Assembly (NCBI GenBank): GCA_024696885.1
Contig: JAILGI010000038.1
Coordinates: 1-41,953 of the forward strand
Length of the DNA: 41,953 nucleotides
Origin: Bacilli bacterium
Lineage (GTDB): Bacteria; Bacillota_I; Bacilli_A; RFN20; CAG-826
Direction of reading: 5' to 3'
Shown here: in pieces, positions 19,446 to 30,100 of the stretch
How the letters are laid out: the number at the start of each line of letters is the position of its first letter
How positions within the stretch are numbered: position 1 is the stretch's first letter
Position numbers and translations under genes: made by a program
Notes under the pieces: model-generated
Told to the model about the DNA's origin: nothing
Database searches by the model: none
Seen by the model: the letters and a program-made list of their open reading frames with translations, nothing else

Positions 19446-20297
19446 ATGAAAATAATTATTTCCGCAGAATCAACAATTGATCTCAGCCCAGAATTACTCA
19501 AAAAATACCACATTTCCACAATTCCATTCACTGTGAATTTGGGAGAAAGAATGGGCAAGGATGGCGAAATAACACCAGAAGATATTTTTCAATATGTTGA
19601 TGAAACTGGTGAATTACCAAAAACCAGTGCGATTAATGAATTTGAATATTCGCATTACTTTAAAGATTTATTAAAACAATATGATGCAATAATTCACATT
19701 TCACTTAGTGAAAAAATCTCTTCCGCAATATTAAGTGCGCGCAAAGCCGCTAGTAAATTAGAGAATGTCTACGTCATCGATTCTAGATCTTTATCTACCG
19801 GTATTGCTTTAAGCGCTATATATGCTTCTCAACTAGTGGATAAAGGTTATTCTCCAAAAGAGATTGTAAAGAAAGTGGAAAGTAGAACCCATAAGGTACA
19901 AGCCAGCTTTGTCGTTAACACTTTATCTTATTTATACAAAGGTGGTAGATGTACCGGATTACAAAAATTTGGAGCGATGCTTTTGAGACTTAAACCACAA
20001 ATAGTTTTAAAACATGGTGCGATGGTGCCCGGTAAAAAATATCGTGGTAAAAGCATCAATTGTGTTGATGAATATTGCCGTGATACATTAGGTGAATTTA
20101 ATAACCCAGATAAATCAATCGTCTTTATTACACACACGCATGCAACCGAAGAAATGGTTGAAAATTGCCGAGAATGGCTCAAACATGAAGGATTTGTGAA
20201 TATTTTGGAGACAATTGCTGGTGCCACAATCACAAGCCACTGTGGTCCAAAGACAATCGGAATCCTCTATATCAACGATGGTGGAGTAAAAGACTAG
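19446..20297 (+). CDS. DegV-family fatty-acid-binding protein
   Basis: LPKTSA, VIDSRSLSTG, YLYKGGR and ITSHCGP. Confidence 0.93.
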   Translation: MKIIISAESTIDLSPELLKKYHISTIPFTVNLGERMGKDGEITPEDIFQYVDETGELPKTSAINEFEYSHYFKDLLKQYDAIIHISLSEKISSAILSARKAASKLENVYVIDSRSLSTGIALSAIYASQLVDKGYSPKEIVKKVESRTHKVQASFVVNTLSYLYKGGRCTGLQKFGAMLLRLKPQIVLKHGAMVPGKKYRGKSINCVDEYCRDTLGEFNNPDKSIVFITHTHATEEMVENCREWLKHEGFVNILETIAGATITSHCGPKTIGILYINDGGVKD

Positions 20298-20323
20298 ATG
20301 CGCAAAATTGGCGCATCTTTTTT
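20296..20323 (+). terminator. Intrinsic terminator
   Basis: AGATGCGC-aaaattg-GCGCATCT followed by a T run. Confidence 0.85.
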
Positions 20324-20485
20324 ATATAAATAAAGGATATTTATAACCCACATTTTTAACGAAAAAAAATATGTCCAAAAAAGTCGATTTGGACAGTGTC
20401 TAAAAATGATTAAAAATGTCTTTGTATTATTGTTCGTCTATGTTAGATTAGACGCGTTGAAAAAAGATAGCTGGAGGAAGTATTC

Positions 20486-20614
20486 ATGGATCCAAGAAAC
20501 AAAAACGAAGTTACTGATGCCGAAGAATTACAAATCATTGAAGCATTCGCTGAAGCCGAAGAATATTTAGAATCCGGTATCGTTGACGACTATTATTTTG
20601 ATTCCGAAGACTAA
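20486..20614 (+). CDS. 42-aa acidic small protein (absent from the ORF track)
   Basis: GGAGG SD, ATG, MDPRNKNEVTDAEELQIIEAFAEAEEYLESGIVDDYYFDSED; own promoter-like sequence and terminator. Confidence 0.75.
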   Translation: MDPRNKNEVTDAEELQIIEAFAEAEEYLESGIVDDYYFDSED

Positions 20615-20641
20615 TCTTAAATTAGTAAGAATAAATGATTG

Positions 20642-20670
20642 AAAAACCTTGGAACAAACCAAGGTTTTTT
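20642..20670 (+). terminator. Intrinsic terminator
   Basis: AAAAACCTTGG-aacaaa-CCAAGGTTTTTT. Confidence 0.85.
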
Positions 20671-20751
20671 CTTACCCAATCTTAAACGATGCAATATACC
20701 GATTTGCCCTTTTGCTTTATTTAGTAAATAAAATTATTATAATTATGTTAT

Positions 20752-22254
20752 ATGCGCGAAGAGAACAAAGCATCTAACTTCAATTTATCACAATTTGGAC
20801 GCGTCCTTGTTTTTGTGGTTCTTGAAGTTTTAGCCTTATTTGCCTCTTCTATTTGGAATTCAATTTACTTATACACAATTGTGAGCATCTTGCTTGTTGT
20901 TCTTGTTATAGCAGTGATGTTCCAACAAGTGAAAAAAGATGGTCTCTCTAATATAGGATTTTTCTTATTCCCCATTCTTGTATATGGTTTTTTATCCGCG
21001 ATAAGTTACCTCTATTTAGATCCTAATTTCGCTTTATCTAATTCCTGGTTCCGTTTTATCGTTCCATTTGGATTAGTGGGCTTTGCTGCTGCGGGATATT
21101 ATATCGCCTCTAATCAGGATTTTAAGATTGGTCATGCCTTATTGGTCATCTATAGTGGTATTGCCTTCTTAACGTTCTTAAACCTTATAGTCACAATGGT
21201 GCAATTTGTGCCTTTTTATACAATTAGATACGCGAATTACTATTTATACTATGATGGTTCGCCATCCCCAGTTCCCGTCTCTGAAATGGCGTATTTCCTC
21301 ACTAATTTCTCATTTGAAGAAGTGTCATTATCTTATTTCACTTTCTATCCGATGATTTTGTTAACCGCCTTCTTACCTTTATCTTTTATTTCTTATAGCA
21401 AACAAAAGAAGACATTCGTAGCCTATCTATCATTTGGCATTTTAGGTTTATTAACCATCATCTTGACAATCAATAAGTTCACTCTCCTTTATTTATTTGT
21501 TATCGCTGTGGTCATAGCCTTAATCAACATCTTCACTAAATTTAATTTAAAAACCAAATGGTTAAAAGTAACCATGAAAATCATCGGCGGATTAGCTATC
21601 GCTGGATTTGTCTTATTATTACTTAACGCTCAAGATAGTGTCTCCACTTTCCGTCTTTCATTCTTAAGAGATTTAACGACTAAGAATGCTTTATTTGATC
21701 GTTTATTTAACTCCAATCGTTTAGTGAGTGGCTATAACGCTATTCTCGATGGAACATTCACTAACGTTAAGATACTTGGTTATCCAATCGCAGGAGCGTA
21801 TCAAAACTTTGGTATGATGACTTGGGTCTTTAACGATTCATCCAATTCCTTCTTCTTTGATTCCTTCTTTGTGTCTGGTTTATTCGGCACTGGATTCCTT
21901 GTCTTTGTCCTTATTATGTGTATCAGACATGTGTTCTTCTATTACATGTATTCAACAGATAAAAAAGAAGATAAAGTATTGGTTATAGGCTTTATTTTAG
22001 TCTCCTTAATCTATTCCTTTATCGCCTTTGATGCGACACCATATGTTTTCTATAACAGTATTGTTCCTTTCTATATGAACAATATCTTCTTTATCATCAT
22101 CTTCTTATTTGGCTATTGCTTATTCAAATCATTGAACTCAAATAGACCAATCGTGGTGAAGAAAGCGATTAAGGAAGAAAAAGAAGGAACACCACTTATT
22201 GTGACTACGACTGAAGAGAAAAAGGAGGAAAAGAAAAATGAAGAAAGTAAATAA
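20752..22254 (+). CDS. Polytopic membrane protein, possibly O-antigen ligase/Wzy-like
   Basis: About 12 hydrophobic segments; large late loop ending SSNSFFFDSFFVSGLFG. Family assignment is tentative. Confidence 0.55.
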   Translation: MREENKASNFNLSQFGRVLVFVVLEVLALFASSIWNSIYLYTIVSILLVVLVIAVMFQQVKKDGLSNIGFFLFPILVYGFLSAISYLYLDPNFALSNSWFRFIVPFGLVGFAAAGYYIASNQDFKIGHALLVIYSGIAFLTFLNLIVTMVQFVPFYTIRYANYYLYYDGSPSPVPVSEMAYFLTNFSFEEVSLSYFTFYPMILLTAFLPLSFISYSKQKKTFVAYLSFGILGLLTIILTINKFTLLYLFVIAVVIALINIFTKFNLKTKWLKVTMKIIGGLAIAGFVLLLLNAQDSVSTFRLSFLRDLTTKNALFDRLFNSNRLVSGYNAILDGTFTNVKILGYPIAGAYQNFGMMTWVFNDSSNSFFFDSFFVSGLFGTGFLVFVLIMCIRHVFFYYMYSTDKKEDKVLVIGFILVSLIYSFIAFDATPYVFYNSIVPFYMNNIFFIIIFLFGYCLFKSLNSNRPIVVKKAIKEEKEGTPLIVTTTEEKKEEKKNEESK

Positions 22255-23083
22255 AAAGATCCTCCTCTTATTCCCCATCTTTATTCTCACAGGATGTGGT
22301 TATGGTTTAAAAGAAGTCTATCCTGGTAATGTTTATAATTCTGTTGATTATAATCTCAACTTCTATAAGGAATGGAATAAGGATTTAAATTACCATGAAG
22401 TGGAAATGGAAAGCGAGAGTCACGTCCTTGATAAAGACGCTGATAAGGTGTTTTTAAGCCCTAATGACGCTTATTTCCCTGATCATAATGATTATGACTA
22501 CGCCGATGATTTAGATTTTAACGATGACACAAGGAGTTATGGTCAAACATTTGCCCTAAGCAAGAGTGAATCCTCCTTCAAATATGGCTATTTATCTAAA
22601 TTATTTGATGGACAAATGTTCTGCCATGGCCGTTATGAATTGGCCCGTGTGCAAATTGGTGAAAGTGGCTTTGCAGCAAAAACCAGTAAAGAATTAAAGG
22701 AATATTCCTATTTTGCGCTTAATTTCAAAGCATCATTAGATTATAGACGCGATGGTGTTTCTACTGGCATTCCCGCTCATAATTCCTCAATTATTTTGAA
22801 GATTAATTTCTACTGTAAAGTTAATAGTTCCACCTATAAACGTGTAGAATTCACCTACCCAATTGAACACGTGAATACAAACTATAGCGAAGCTACAAAT
22901 ATCTATACATTCTTTGGCTTTGACCTTGAAAAATATGATATTAGTAGATGCGCTGGTTACTCTATCGAATATGAACTAGTCCATGATGAATATATTGAAA
23001 GCCATGGAGCGGAGTACACCCCATCGCTTACGCATTGTTTACTTTTATATGAAATGTTTTTACCAGGTTCTACTTGGCATTAA
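22238..23083 (+). CDS. Lipoprotein of unknown function
   Basis: MKKVNKKILLLFPIFILTG-C lipobox; AAGGAGG SD. Confidence 0.8.
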   Translation: MKKVNKKILLLFPIFILTGCGYGLKEVYPGNVYNSVDYNLNFYKEWNKDLNYHEVEMESESHVLDKDADKVFLSPNDAYFPDHNDYDYADDLDFNDDTRSYGQTFALSKSESSFKYGYLSKLFDGQMFCHGRYELARVQIGESGFAAKTSKELKEYSYFALNFKASLDYRRDGVSTGIPAHNSSIILKINFYCKVNSSTYKRVEFTYPIEHVNTNYSEATNIYTFFGFDLEKYDISRCAGYSIEYELVHDEYIESHGAEYTPSLTHCLLLYEMFLPGSTWH

Positions 23084-23987
23084 CAAATTTTGAAATATCT
23101 AACCATTCGCCCATTTCAAAATCACACTTATCATCATCTAAGATTAATGTGCCTTTCGCTGGGGTAAATGTCATTTCGGAAAAATAAATTTTTCCGTTAA
23201 TGTTATATAGATCCACTCTCACGAATGGGAAAGGTTTAGAAAGAATCTCCGCCATCTCAACCATGTCAGACCAATGGTCTGGCTTTTTTAGTGGATAATC
23301 AGTCTTTTTCCAACCATTAAATTGACTGCCATCAAAGGGAGTCCAATCAATATAGTAGTTGTTATAACGAATATCTACTCCACGTGATGAGACAACATAC
23401 ATCGAACGTGCCTTGCCATTAAAGACGTGAATCTTATATTCAAGTGGTAAAGGTTGTCCTTCTTCCACTAAAAACTTCTCAATAATAATCTGTGGTTTAA
23501 TCTTCGCGTAATGTAACTCCACAGTCTTTTTACCATAGTTAGTTTTTAACCATTTATTAAATTTCTTTCTTAATTCTTCTTTATCGATCTTGCTCTTATC
23601 ACGACAAATATAATTAAAAGCGCAAGCGTGAGAACACTTCATTACGAATTGATCAGGAAGCTTATCAAAATCAATCTCATCAAAGGAGTTGTAAACACCA
23701 TAAATAGGGATTAATTTATCGCAAAACCCCTTTCTTTTTAAGTATTCTCTCACTCCCACTCGACCAGCGCACTGACTGACTAAAGGATCTTTTGGATAGA
23801 CAAATAAGCGTAGATATTGCAGCTTTTCTGTATATCTCACAGGGTTTTTCAAATTGAGTTTATGATGGGTAATGTATTTATATTGTGACTTTACATACCA
23901 TGTTTTATTTATAGCCTTAACCACATTACGGAACGGGGCTACAAAAAAACGTTTCACTTTATTTTCTTTAAGATTCGGATTCGGCAT
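23070..23987 (-). CDS. TupA-like ATP-grasp protein
   Basis: LNLKNPVRYTEKLQYL, LPDQFVMK, EYKIHVFNG, FVRVDLY and FSEMTFTP. Confidence 0.92.
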   Translation of the reverse strand: MPNPNLKENKVKRFFVAPFRNVVKAINKTWYVKSQYKYITHHKLNLKNPVRYTEKLQYLRLFVYPKDPLVSQCAGRVGVREYLKRKGFCDKLIPIYGVYNSFDEIDFDKLPDQFVMKCSHACAFNYICRDKSKIDKEELRKKFNKWLKTNYGKKTVELHYAKIKPQIIIEKFLVEEGQPLPLEYKIHVFNGKARSMYVVSSRGVDIRYNNYYIDWTPFDGSQFNGWKKTDYPLKKPDHWSDMVEMAEILSKPFPFVRVDLYNINGKIYFSEMTFTPAKGTLILDDDKCDFEMGEWLDISKFVNAK

Positions 23988-25497
23988 TTTTACGTTCTTC
24001 CTTTCTTTTTTTGGAAAAAGAATAAATTAAATCTTCCTTCAAAAGGAATAAGATTACTAAATAGATAATTCCCGCGATAGCGACAATAGCCACTAATTGA
24101 AGAGTGTAGGCTACTCCATCGGAGAGATTCATATTTTTCCATAAAGTCAATAATGGGTTGTAGATAAGTAAGGAAACACCTAATATCACCGCATTAGCAA
24201 TCAATAATTTAAGTGTATTCATATTAAACACTGTTTTTCTTGTCCATTTCCAAGTTAAAGCGAGTAAGAAAATGATAATCAACACATCGGTGGTTACTGT
24301 TCCAATAGCGACTCCTATCGCCGGTCTGTCTTTAAAGAGGAACATACCTAATCCAATTGATGCGCCAGCGTTAACTAAAGCCCCCACACTAATAGCGATG
24401 AGATAATATTTTTCCTTCTTCATTGGTAAAAGAATTTGTCCATAAATAATATCGCCTATGGAATATGTCGCCATCATCGCTGCTAAAATCATTAAAACGT
24501 ATGGAGCGTTATAGTAATCATCACCTTGCTGGAATGTATATGAGCCAGAAATAAGTCCACATATTGGTTTAGCTAAAACACACATTGTAACTATCGCTGG
24601 TAAAACAATAAACAAACAAATATTGATGGAATACTTATTTAAATTGTTGAAGAAACGCTTATCTTCTTTGGAGTAGTAATAAGCCGCTCTTGGAATAAAG
24701 ACGACTGATAAAGCGGTAATAATACCGATAATAATATCAACACCCTTAATACCAACGGAATAAGAAGCAACTTCGGTTTTGTCGCTATTAATGAAACCTA
24801 AAATAAAGGTATCGGTTTGATTATAAATGGATAAGACTAGTGATAAAGTACATAAAACAAGTAATTGTTTACTATATTGTTTTAAGTTATAAGGCATTGT
24901 TTTCTTAAAGGAAACAAATCTTCTTACATAGTAAACGTTAGCAATTGTGGTAATCACAGTGACCATAATCGCGATTAATGCATAAAGTAAAATATCATCA
25001 GGTGTGGTCACGAAAACAATGATTAAAATCGCAGATATGGTTAAGGCAACAATGCTACGCACCGCCATATAGAATTGTTTTTCTAAAGCGATGAATACCC
25101 ATTCAAAAGAGAAGGCACCCACTAAGAAGTTGAGTGAAAGAATGAATATAAGCGAATGTTGTTCTCTTAAAGCGGGTACAGAGAAAACAACCACACATAA
25201 TAAACCAAATGATAAAATGGTGCTGATTAATTGTAAGAGAAAGAAACCTTGTACTTTATTTGATAATTCTTCCTTGTTGTCTCTCACCTTAACGCATTCT
25301 CTAACCGCTAAGTTAGGAATACCAATCTTCGCTAAAATAAGGAAATAGGCAACAAAAGTATTAGCCCAAGTGTATGTTCCAACTGCGGAATCGCCTAAAT
25401 AACGGCAAACCCATGGAAACGTAATAAAAGAAAGCAAAGTCAAGACGACTGTGCGGATAATATTCACAATGACATTAATACGAATATTGTTCTTCAT
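23968..25497 (-). CDS. Wzx-type polysaccharide flippase
   Basis: ITFPWVCRYLG and VFIPRAAYY; many TM segments; polysaccharide gene context. Confidence 0.9.
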   Translation of the reverse strand: MKNNIRINVIVNIIRTVVLTLLSFITFPWVCRYLGDSAVGTYTWANTFVAYFLILAKIGIPNLAVRECVKVRDNKEELSNKVQGFFLLQLISTILSFGLLCVVVFSVPALREQHSLIFILSLNFLVGAFSFEWVFIALEKQFYMAVRSIVALTISAILIIVFVTTPDDILLYALIAIMVTVITTIANVYYVRRFVSFKKTMPYNLKQYSKQLLVLCTLSLVLSIYNQTDTFILGFINSDKTEVASYSVGIKGVDIIIGIITALSVVFIPRAAYYYSKEDKRFFNNLNKYSINICLFIVLPAIVTMCVLAKPICGLISGSYTFQQGDDYYNAPYVLMILAAMMATYSIGDIIYGQILLPMKKEKYYLIAISVGALVNAGASIGLGMFLFKDRPAIGVAIGTVTTDVLIIIFLLALTWKWTRKTVFNMNTLKLLIANAVILGVSLLIYNPLLTLWKNMNLSDGVAYTLQLVAIVAIAGIIYLVILFLLKEDLIYSFSKKRKEERKNAESES

Positions 25498-26174
25498 CTC
25501 TTATTTATAATAGCCTCAAAAATATCTAAATCCGTTGGGGTGGTAATTTTAAAATTATATTTATCACCCTCAACGATATATACTTCATTTCCCATTGATT
25601 TAACTAAACCAGCGTCATCAGTGAATGATTCGCCTTGACGTAAGTTGTGGGCTTGGTAGATGAGATTAAATAAGAAACTTTGGGGAGTTTGACTTTGATA
25701 AATCTCATCTCTATTTAATGTATGATCAACAGTTTGATTATTCTTAGAAATAACAAGTGTATCGACAGCTTTACACGCTGTTTCAACTGCACCATATTTT
25801 TGGGTTAAATATATGTTATCCTCAATTATTTTTTGAGAAACTAGTGGTCTAGCAGCGTCATGAATCAAAACGATATCATCGTCTTTAACATTCTTTTCTT
25901 TTAAATACTTAAGTGCTAAGAATGTGGATTCTTGACGAGAATTACCACCGGCAATAACACCCACCATTTTTCTTAATGGATATTCCTTTAAGAAGGAACT
26001 AACCCTATCAACATCATTAGAAGGAACAACGAGAAGAATTTTATGAATTAATGGATGGAAATCAAAAGCCTCAAGTGAATAGACGAATAGTGGTTTTTCA
26101 TTTACCATGATAAATTGCTTTTGTTGGCCCATTCTTGTGCCACTTCCTGCGGCTAAAACGATTGCGATATTCAT
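25494..26174 (-). CDS. IspD/TarI-family polyol-phosphate cytidylyltransferase
   Basis: LAAGSGTRMG, GGNSRQES, IHDAARP, QTPQSF, FTDD and NFKITTPTD. Confidence 0.9.
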   Translation of the reverse strand: MNIAIVLAAGSGTRMGQQKQFIMVNEKPLFVYSLEAFDFHPLIHKILLVVPSNDVDRVSSFLKEYPLRKMVGVIAGGNSRQESTFLALKYLKEKNVKDDDIVLIHDAARPLVSQKIIEDNIYLTQKYGAVETACKAVDTLVISKNNQTVDHTLNRDEIYQSQTPQSFLFNLIYQAHNLRQGESFTDDAGLVKSMGNEVYIVEGDKYNFKITTPTDLDIFEAIINKR

Positions 26175-26175
26175 A

Positions 26176-27066
26176 TTATTTCTTCTTTCTCGATAGGGAA
26201 TATTTCACTAAGTGCTTAAATTGTCTTTTTTCTTTTGGGAATGGATCATACCATTTTTCACCATCCCATTTTTTCATACCTTCTTCGCCATATCTCGTGC
26301 GACAGAATTCTTCAATGTTATTGAAGGAATATATCTTATGACCTTCAAAATCATATTCTTTAAACGGATAGATAATATCTTTTGGATAAACATCGGTGTG
26401 CGATGATAAGCCCCAATCCTGGAAAGGAATAATTGGGGTTTGTGAAACAAATTTGGAATCCTTATATTTCTCTGCGATTTTTCTTTCGTACTTTTTCAAA
26501 GATTTCTTAATAAGATGAGGATGAATTCTTAATAAAGAATCGAAGAATGTATATAAAGGCATTCTATTTTTCGCGTATTTTAAAATCTTTTTTCTTTCTT
26601 TTGGGTCCTCAGGTGTACCCACTAAAGCGATCACGTCAAGGAAGAAACCATCGCTGTTATGGCATCTATTAGGAAGAGTGTAAGAATTCTTTTCAAGCAA
26701 ATATGATTCTTTATAACGAATCTTAATAGTGGGGATTAATACGTTGTATCTCTTGTCTGTTTCATAGCTATCGAATGTGAACTCATCACTCAAATCTTTC
26801 TTTAAAGCCTCGATCAATCTAGGAAGATCAAAATAATCGATAGCAGCGTCAATATCATCATCCCAAGGAATGAAACCAGCGTAATTGTACGCGCCTAAAG
26901 CACTACCATATGCGATAGCGTAAGGAATGTTGTTCTTACGACAAACACGGTCTAATTCCAACAAAATCTTTAATAACAATTGGTGTAAGTCCTCAGTAGT
27001 GTGTTCCACTCCATCGAGATCTTTACCAATTGGATATGCTTCTTTTTCTAAAATGTAGTCAGACAT
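26176..27066 (-). CDS. licD: Second LicD-family phosphotransferase
   Basis: YGSALGAYNYAGFIPWDDDID and FFLDV. ATG 27066 preferred to TTG 27096. Confidence 0.88.
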   Translation of the reverse strand: MSDYILEKEAYPIGKDLDGVEHTTEDLHQLLLKILLELDRVCRKNNIPYAIAYGSALGAYNYAGFIPWDDDIDAAIDYFDLPRLIEALKKDLSDEFTFDSYETDKRYNVLIPTIKIRYKESYLLEKNSYTLPNRCHNSDGFFLDVIALVGTPEDPKERKKILKYAKNRMPLYTFFDSLLRIHPHLIKKSLKKYERKIAEKYKDSKFVSQTPIIPFQDWGLSSHTDVYPKDIIYPFKEYDFEGHKIYSFNNIEEFCRTRYGEEGMKKWDGEKWYDPFPKEKRQFKHLVKYSLSRKKK

Positions 27067-27178
27067 AGATATCAATATTAAAGCACAATCACGCAATAAT
27101 ATCTATCAATCGTAGATTATTTTCTATTAGCGAACGATTTATATCGCATGTGATGTTGATTCATCTTATACTAAAATC

Positions 27179-30100
27179 ATGGCTGAGATAGTTAATCAGA
27201 CAGTTAATGCAACTACATTTTCTAATACTTCTGGAACTGGTGGTCATTCTAATCATTTTAAATTGAACAGAACCACACCCATTTCAGTTATTTTTTCATC
27301 TTTTTCTATTTCTCGTGGAAGCGTTGTTAATAAGTGCTTGCTTTATTTTAAAATTCCATCTGAAATTGTAGACCCATATAGAATTAAGATTTCATACAGA
27401 TCTCAAAATACCTCCAATGATATTGAAGATATTGATGTTGGAGATTATAAAGAAATATCAAGCAGTGAAAAATATTTAGTTTTTGATATTTCTGATGCTT
27501 TTCCACGCGTGCATAAATCTTCAATGACGTTTGAACTTGAATTAATAACTAATGATCAAAACGATAACAGTGTTTATTATTTTGAAAAAACACCCGTTCC
27601 CTATTTAGACATCTCCTACAATAGACCTTTTGCCTTTTTAGAGAATCAAAAAGTTCTTAAAGATGATATTGGGGAGGACATGTCATATTCGATAAATTTA
27701 AATTCTGGTTTGTTAACGTTTAAAAAACGACTTTTTAATGATGTTTTGCCATATCCATTAGAACTTACGTACGACGATTATAGTAATTCTCGTTACCATA
27801 ATTTACCTTATCGATTTAAATTATCAATTTTAGAGAGAATAAACTTTCTCAATAATAATCCAAAAACCTATGTTGATGGAGAATATAAATATTATTCTTT
27901 GAAAAAAACATCAAAATCTGGCATTTACTATTTTGATGAATATGGAAGTGGTTTAATCTTAGAACCCCTCTCAAATGGCAATTATAAATTATTTGTTGAT
28001 TCAAACAATGGATATAAATTATTTAATTCTGACGGATATCTCATCAAAATTGTCGATGAATTTGGCAGAGAAATAAATATCGCATATACCCAACCTTTTT
28101 CCAAAAATCATGGTGAAAACGATGAAACAATAGAAGAAGATGAAACGCGTCTACCAAGTTTTTACACGATTACAATTACCGATTATTTAGGCTTTTCAGT
28201 TGTTATTGAAGAAAAACCTCTTAACGGAACAATTACCATTAAAGATAGCTCTTCTAATATTTTACAAACGATCAATTACACCTCACCCAGCAGCAAACTA
28301 ACAATTATCAAAGAAAGTAACGACACCAAAGAGACAACAATCTCTTATGACACAAATAACGGTAGATTATCGTCCATTAATGAATATTCACTTTATAGTG
28401 TTTTATTTGGTTATGATGACGTAATGGAAAAGCCCATTTCTGTCACTCATAAATATAATGGCCAAACTTTAAAAACATATTCCTTTGATTATGGTTCCAT
28501 GCGAACAGATGTCACTGATAATCATGGTGTTCGAATGCGATATCTTTTTGATGAAAAAGAAAGACTTGTCACTAGTGGTGAAGTTAAGGATAACCAAGTC
28601 CATTTTGCTTCTTTTAATTCATATGATGAGTTTAATAAATACAGCGCATCCCTAGATAAAATGCGTGGTATTTCCTTTAAAACAAATCAAATTCCACAAC
28701 AAGGAGTCAATACTTTTAATTTAAATATTTACTCTTACTCATATGATTATGGTTTTATTCTTAAGGGTGGTAAATATTATCTTTTGTTGTTACAAATTTC
28801 AAAAGATTATGATGAATTACTCCGATACAAGACGAATGTCCCCACTGTGACAATGACATGCGGGGGAATAACAACAACGCTTGAGTGTCGTAGTAATGAA
28901 CGCAATGGTGTGGCTTTGACTAGGTTTTATCTCGCAAGTGACCATGATATGTCATCTGCTAATCCGGGTTTAACGATGTCCATTTCTTTCTTCCAAGACG
29001 GAAATATAAACCATCATTTTGGATTCTCTGTCAAAATCATTGAATGTAAAGGTTATATGTCTGATTATTATCTTGGTTTAAACAATAGTGAACCTTCACT
29101 TAATAAACCATCATTCTTTTCAACTGTTATTAATGGGCAATATTATCATTCTTTAACTTTTAAAGATTTAACAGCGAACTACTACAATAAAAACAGAGGT
29201 AAACCATTCTTTTGGGACAATGACAAACACACTTTAGTGTACGCTCCAACATATCCAAGCGAATATTTGTATTGTGATGGCGTTTTGGGGGCATTAATTG
29301 CTATATTTGCGGATACTTTATCAACAGTTACCCTTGATGCGATTGTTAATCATTTTTCAAGCGTTCAACGTTGTGATATTGATTCCACTCTTTTTGGCGT
29401 TAAAACAGTTGTTAAATATGTTACTGATTACACGGCGCAATTAGGATATTACCCAATTGTTCGCCTTTATTACATTCGTTTATTTACTGATTACGCTCTC
29501 ATTTATAACAAGACATTCACCAAAAATAATACTTATCTAAAAACGTCAAAATATGATTATTATTCCCGCCTTTTAAAAACGGTGGACGAAAACGATAATT
29601 TTGTCGAATACACTTATGATAATTACGATAATGTCTTATCTAAAAAAGAAGGCAAAGAACAATATAGTAATTACATTGAAGTGACAAATGCATATGATTC
29701 TTTATATAGAATGACTTCAATGTCCACAACTATCGATAACATCATACAAACATCATCACTTCAATACACATCATTTTTCAGAACACCATCATCATCGACA
29801 AACGCCAATAATGTAACGAAATATTATTCTTTTGACCTTGATCACAGAAACATTACCTCGGTTTCTTGTGGCAACTCTTCAATAGATAGCGATTACACTT
29901 ATTCAAATTTAGATACAGTCTCAAACGATAGTGAGATTAACCTTCCTCGAGATAGCAAGAATCTAAGCTCTGGTTATAATGTTTTATTTGGAAACAATCA
30001 ATATAAACAAGTTTTGACGGTAACTAACACTGTAGGAGGAGTTTCAGACAGTGTATCTGAACAATATTTAAACAAATTATTAGTTCGTTACGGAAATAAT

